From: a bacterium
Lineage (GTDB): Bacteria; CALINM01
Assembly: GCA_041640455.1 (NCBI GenBank)
Contig: JBEQAF010000074.1
Location: 1-10,606, forward strand
Direction of reading: 5' to 3'
Length of the DNA: 10,606 nucleotides
The stretch's first letter is position 1, and each line of letters starts with the position of its first letter. Positions 7,238-10,606 of this stretch are shown here, in pieces. Made by a program: the position numbers and the translations under genes. The notes beneath the pieces were generated by a model. The model was not told the origin of the DNA. It searched no databases and saw only the letters and a program-made list of their open reading frames with translations.

Positions 7238-8538
7238 TTTTCTGGAGTTGAAACAGGTTGAGAGGCTGTTTCCTTAACTATCCTCGGTGTAATAAAGATT
7301 ATAAGCTCTTCGTTTCTTTTTTCCTTGCTTCTGGATTTAAAAAGCCAGCCTATAAAAGGTATGTCCGATAAAAATGGTATTCTTCTCTCTGTCTCCCCTT
7401 CTATGGTTTTGTAAAGTCCACCCAGCACAATGGTTTCGTTATCTTTAAGCAGAATAGTTGTCGAAGCCTTCTGATCACGCACCTCAGGGATATTCTCCAC
7501 TGTTCTTGCATAGTTAGGCTCACTCTGGGTTACATCAAGGGTCAGTAGAATATTTTCGTCACCAGCAATCTGGGGTGTAACACCAAGTTCAACACCCGTT
7601 GATATCTCTGATATGGTTGCCGTTGTATTGGTAACAGTAGAACCAACGGGTATAGATCTAATTCTTAATGTGGCACCACTTCTTATGCTTGCCCTTTTGT
7701 TATCAAGGGTAAGGATTTTTGGAGTTGAGACAATCTTAGCTACGCCTTTCTCTTCTGCCATCTGGAGGGCTAAATCAAGTCTTCTGTTACCTGCAAGGTT
7801 TCCTATGGTAATACCCAGACTACCAAAAGGTGTTGTCTGGGTTGGAAGATTTACTGCAAAGTTCTGCCCGGGTGTATTTACAGCAAACCCACCAGAGCTT
7901 CCAAAAACATTAATTCTGTCTCCGGTATTATTTAAATTATAAAATCCGCCCCACTGTATACCCAGATCTCTGCTAAAAGACTCATTGGCATTGACTATTC
8001 TTGTTTCTATTAATACCTGTCTGGTTTTAACATCCAGCTGAGCTATCATTTTTTTTATTTCAGAGATTACTTCTGGATCACCTTTAATAACCAGTGAGTT
8101 AGTTGGGGTATTTATCTGAATATTGTTAATGGTGAACATGGTGGATAAAATATTTCCAACAACCTGAGCCTGCGCAAACTTAAGAGGAATTACCTCCATC
8201 ACAACTGGCTTTTTCAGCTCCGACTCTTTAAATACCCTTATAATATTACCTTCTATCCTATAACTATAGCCTCTTGATACTAAAAGCACATCAAGGGCAT
8301 TTTTAACTGTCACATCTTTAAAACTAATATTAATCGTTTCTGTCATGCCTTCAGGAAGAACAACATTAAGCCCGCTCTGCATGGCTAAAACTTTTATCAC
8401 ATCAGCCAGTGGCTGGGTCTTAAAGGTCAGGTTAAATTTTAAATCACTACTGTTAATAATTTCCTGCACATTAGAGTTCTGGGCAAAAGCTGTGGTTATA
8501 GTAAAAAGGTATATGAAAAAATATAAGATTTTTTTCAT
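7234..8538 (-). CDS. pilQ: Type IV pilus / type II secretion-family outer-membrane secretin (short PilQ-like)
   Basis: Signal peptide ending AFA|Q. N0/STN-like domain (LTFKTQPLADVIKVLAMQSGLNVV), one secretin_N domain (VIPLKFAQA...TNSLVIKG), and secretin core (QVLIETRIVNANESFSRDLGIQWGG, VSTPKILTLDNKRASI, TIVLGGLY, IPFLSDIPFIGWLFKS, EELIIFITPRIV). SD-like GAAGGGG upstream. Last gene of the pilMNOP-like operon. Confidence 0.9.
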   Translation of the reverse strand: MKKILYFFIYLFTITTAFAQNSNVQEIINSSDLKFNLTFKTQPLADVIKVLAMQSGLNVVLPEGMTETINISFKDVTVKNALDVLLVSRGYSYRIEGNIIRVFKESELKKPVVMEVIPLKFAQAQVVGNILSTMFTINNIQINTPTNSLVIKGDPEVISEIKKMIAQLDVKTRQVLIETRIVNANESFSRDLGIQWGGFYNLNNTGDRINVFGSSGGFAVNTPGQNFAVNLPTQTTPFGSLGITIGNLAGNRRLDLALQMAEEKGVAKIVSTPKILTLDNKRASIRSGATLRIRSIPVGSTVTNTTATISEISTGVELGVTPQIAGDENILLTLDVTQSEPNYARTVENIPEVRDQKASTTILLKDNETIVLGGLYKTIEGETERRIPFLSDIPFIGWLFKSRSKEKRNEELIIFITPRIVKETASQPVSTPEN

Positions 8539-8924
8539 TTTTTGTCCCCTTCTTCAATTTTTAAGACAAAATTTTTATTATTTCTGGTAATTGTAACCTC
8601 GGATTCTTTTATCTCTTTTATCGTATAACCATCAAACCCTTCACCCTCCGCAAGAAGCATATCATTAATAAATGCCCTCTTATGTTTGGGATTATACAGT
8701 ATAGCCTTTAGCTCCACACCTTCCAGTTCGATCGCCTTAGAACCAGCCGATCCCATAATTCTATTAAAAAAAATAATTGGTTCCTCTGTGGGATCCTTTC
8801 TTTTAAATATTGTTTTATCTTGTTCTTTTTTTACATAAGGCTTTAGATAACCAACAAAAATCTCCTCTGCATAACTATTGCAGAAAAGAACGAAAAAAGC
8901 AGTTATAATCAGGATCCTTTTCAT
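8535..8924 (-). CDS. PilP/MshK-like periplasmic assembly protein
   Basis: Signal peptide, KRKDPT motif, and C-terminal beta domain (LKAILY...RAFINDMLLAEGEGFDGYTIKEIKESEVTI) of the PilP/GspC-HR/MshK type. Lies between the pilO-like gene and the secretin, with ATGA overlaps on both sides. Confidence 0.65.
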   Translation of the reverse strand: MKRILIITAFFVLFCNSYAEEIFVGYLKPYVKKEQDKTIFKRKDPTEEPIIFFNRIMGSAGSKAIELEGVELKAILYNPKHKRAFINDMLLAEGEGFDGYTIKEIKESEVTITRNNKNFVLKIEEGDKK

Positions 8925-9457
8925 CTTCCCACCGTTTCAATTACCATTGAAATATTTATATTTTTTCCTGATGTCTTTGAAAAATCAAGCTTTTTAACAC
9001 TGATAATATAAGGAAGCCCGTCAAGATATTTTATATAGTTATCCAGATCTTGGTAGCTGCCACTTATATTCAGAGTAAGCTCCATTTTAATATAGTGAGA
9101 TATCTTTTCTTTTTTCGTTGGTTTAAGCGAAATAAAGCTCACTTTATCAAAATTTGTGATGTCTTTGAAAAATTTAGAGTGGTTTGATATATTGCCTATC
9201 TTGCTTTTTAGAATAAAATATTCGGTTAAACGCTTTTCCTTTTCTTTCAGCTCTTCCTCTTTGCCCTTAATCATTTCAACCTCTTTTATCAGATTAGACT
9301 TCTCGGTGTTTAGCCTCGCAAGCTCGTCTTTTGCTGATATTATCTTTTTGGTTACGGGTTTTAATGCAAACTGACCAGCATAATAAAACACTATTGCCAA
9401 TGTCAGAACGATTACCATTATTCTGTGATCTTTAATAATCTTTTTTATTTCTGTCAT
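8921..9457 (-). CDS. pilO: Type IV pilus assembly protein PilO-like
   Basis: N-terminal TM (IMVIVLTLAIVFYYAGQFALKP), coiled coil, and ferredoxin-like C-domain with LNISGSYQDLDNYIKYLDGLPYIISVKKL, matching the PilO/GspM/MshJ G.Y..L..F...L..LP pattern. Synteny supports the call. Confidence 0.82.
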   Translation of the reverse strand: MTEIKKIIKDHRIMVIVLTLAIVFYYAGQFALKPVTKKIISAKDELARLNTEKSNLIKEVEMIKGKEEELKEKEKRLTEYFILKSKIGNISNHSKFFKDITNFDKVSFISLKPTKKEKISHYIKMELTLNISGSYQDLDNYIKYLDGLPYIISVKKLDFSKTSGKNINISMVIETVGR

Positions 9458-9987
9458 AAACTATCAACTTTAATGCTAAAATTAAAAATATTACCTTCTT
9501 TATTTATCTCTATAAGCTCAGTATTTTTTCCAAGACTCTGACAGTTACTAAGAAAAAGAAATATCTCTTCTTTTTTTAAGGCTTTGCCTGAAATGTTAAT
9601 AACCTTTTCGCTTTCTCCAGAGTAGCTTATGGATACTACCCAGAGATTTACAGGTGTAATATTTGGAAGTTGCCCAAGGACAGCTTTTATAGCCATATTT
9701 TTTTTAAGAACTTCATAATCCTCTTTTACTGCCAGAAACTCCCTTTCAAGAACTGAACCCTTTTCGAGATAGCTGGTTTTTTTTATGATAATATCCTTAA
9801 TATTTTGGATTTCCGATCTTGTGTCCAGAATAGATCTGTTAATACTATCAAGCTCTTTTTTTGCCTTAACAAAGCTAAGTCCATAAAACACTATTATTGT
9901 GAGAAGAATCGGATAAGTAAGGGATTTCTGGTAGGTGGTTTTAAGGGGAAGCAATGGTTCACGGGGGATGAGATTTATCCTTTTCAT
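9454..9987 (-). CDS. pilN: Type IV pilus assembly protein PilN-like
   Basis: N-terminal PilM-binding motif RINLIP (canonical INLLP), TM segment, coiled coil, then LPNITPVNLWVVSISY...INISGKA typical of the PilN domain. ATGA overlaps with its neighbours. Confidence 0.85.
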   Translation of the reverse strand: MKRINLIPREPLLPLKTTYQKSLTYPILLTIIVFYGLSFVKAKKELDSINRSILDTRSEIQNIKDIIIKKTSYLEKGSVLEREFLAVKEDYEVLKKNMAIKAVLGQLPNITPVNLWVVSISYSGESEKVINISGKALKKEEIFLFLSNCQSLGKNTELIEINKEGNIFNFSIKVDSL

Positions 9988-10604
9988 CTTATGGCTGCCC
10001 CCACTGCATAATTAAACATAAACCCTGTTTCTCTCAAGCCTTTTTCTTTGTAATCAAGAATGTCCAGCACATTGTTTAATATGCAGGGATAAGGAATATT
10101 CTGACACATATATTTATGAAAACCAGGTATGGCAAATACGCCACCATTGTATATCATATTTGATGGCTCTCCCAGCCTGAAGGTGGCTGTAAAAAACTTT
10201 ACTGTTCTTAAAAGCTCATTAAGCATCTCATCTATATAATCTCTGAGAATTTTTTCTATTAGCTCATCATTAAGTCCCTTAAAGGCAAAAAGCTCTATGA
10301 GATTTTCTTCGCTCACCGTGTTTTTAAGAATTTCAAAAATCTGTTTAGAACCATAAGATATGGTTCTTGTAAATATTAGCCTGTCTTCTTTTGTAAATGT
10401 CATCTTAAGATCCGTATAACCCAGATCAAAAAAGCATTTTACCTGTTTATCGTCAGCATATAGCTCCCTGTAGAGAGCCAGAGTGATCATCTCCTTGACA
10501 TCAATATATCTGACCTTTATTTTGTGTTTTTGAAATATATCAATAATTGTTCTTATCCTGTCAGCTTCTGAGTAAAAAACATAATATTCATTATTATTTT
10601 CAGA
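9984..10604 (-). CDS. pilM: Type IV pilus assembly protein PilM-like (actin/FtsA fold), 5'-truncated at the window edge
   Basis: The frame stays open past the listed ATG (10490) to the window end (SENNNEYYVFYSEADRIRTIIDIFQKHKIKVRYIDVKEMITLAL...). PilM-like motifs FFDLGY, LIFTRTISYG, ELLRTVKFF, YNGGVFAIPG, and C-terminal FNYAVGAAIR. Immediately upstream of pilN. Confidence 0.82.
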   Translation of the reverse strand, partial: SENNNEYYVFYSEADRIRTIIDIFQKHKIKVRYIDVKEMITLALYRELYADDKQVKCFFDLGYTDLKMTFTKEDRLIFTRTISYGSKQIFEILKNTVSEENLIELFAFKGLNDELIEKILRDYIDEMLNELLRTVKFFTATFRLGEPSNMIYNGGVFAIPGFHKYMCQNIPYPCILNNVLDILDYKEKGLRETGFMFNYAVGAAIR

Positions 10605-10606
10605 CC

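Noticed and set aside
7671..7692. TGGCAC inside pilQ as a sigma54 -24 element
   Set aside because: No GC at the required GG-N10-GC spacing, and the site is intragenic.
7613..10011. Plus-strand ORFs 7613-7942, 8345-8590, 9156-9374 and 9805-10011
   Set aside because: Antisense shadows of the pil genes with no motifs or convincing ribosome-binding sites.
10488..10496. ATG at 10490 with adjacent AAGGAG as the pilM start
   Set aside because: AAGGAG abuts the ATG with no spacer, and PilM-like sequence (KVRYIDV) continues in frame to the window edge.
1..10606. CRISPR arrays, IS elements, tRNA/rRNA, cobalamin riboswitch
   Set aside because: No spaced repeats, transposase or RNA-gene patterns were seen. 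The intergenic gaps (54 and 64 bp) are too small for a cobalamin riboswitch.

Overview
AT-rich, extremely compact bacterial window from a diderm (LPS-exporting) organism; only 119 bp lie between genes. Left to right: the 3' part of pyruvate,phosphate dikinase (ppdK, +, runs off the left edge); a probably bidirectional intrinsic terminator; a minus-strand lptC-lptA-lptB-rpoN operon lacking its usual kdsD/kdsC and hpf/ptsN neighbours; a 64-bp divergent intergenic region; a B12-binding/radical SAM protein (+, resembles the TIGR04190/Ta0216 family); and, convergent with it, a minus-strand pilM-N-O-(P/MshK-like)-Q type IV filament operon with a short, AMIN-less secretin (pilM runs off the right edge). 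The most striking signal is the 64-bp intergenic region. It is an exactly symmetric bidirectional sigma70-type promoter: one palindromic TTGCAA -35 box is shared by both strands, each arm has a 16-nt spacer and a TGn-extended -10, and each start codon lies 7 nt after its -10 with no Shine-Dalgarno. This predicts two leaderless transcripts linking an uncharacterised cobalamin radical SAM enzyme to the LPS-transport/sigma54 operon. LptB also has His in place of the near-invariant Q-loop Gln. No mobile elements, CRISPR arrays or RNA genes were recognised.
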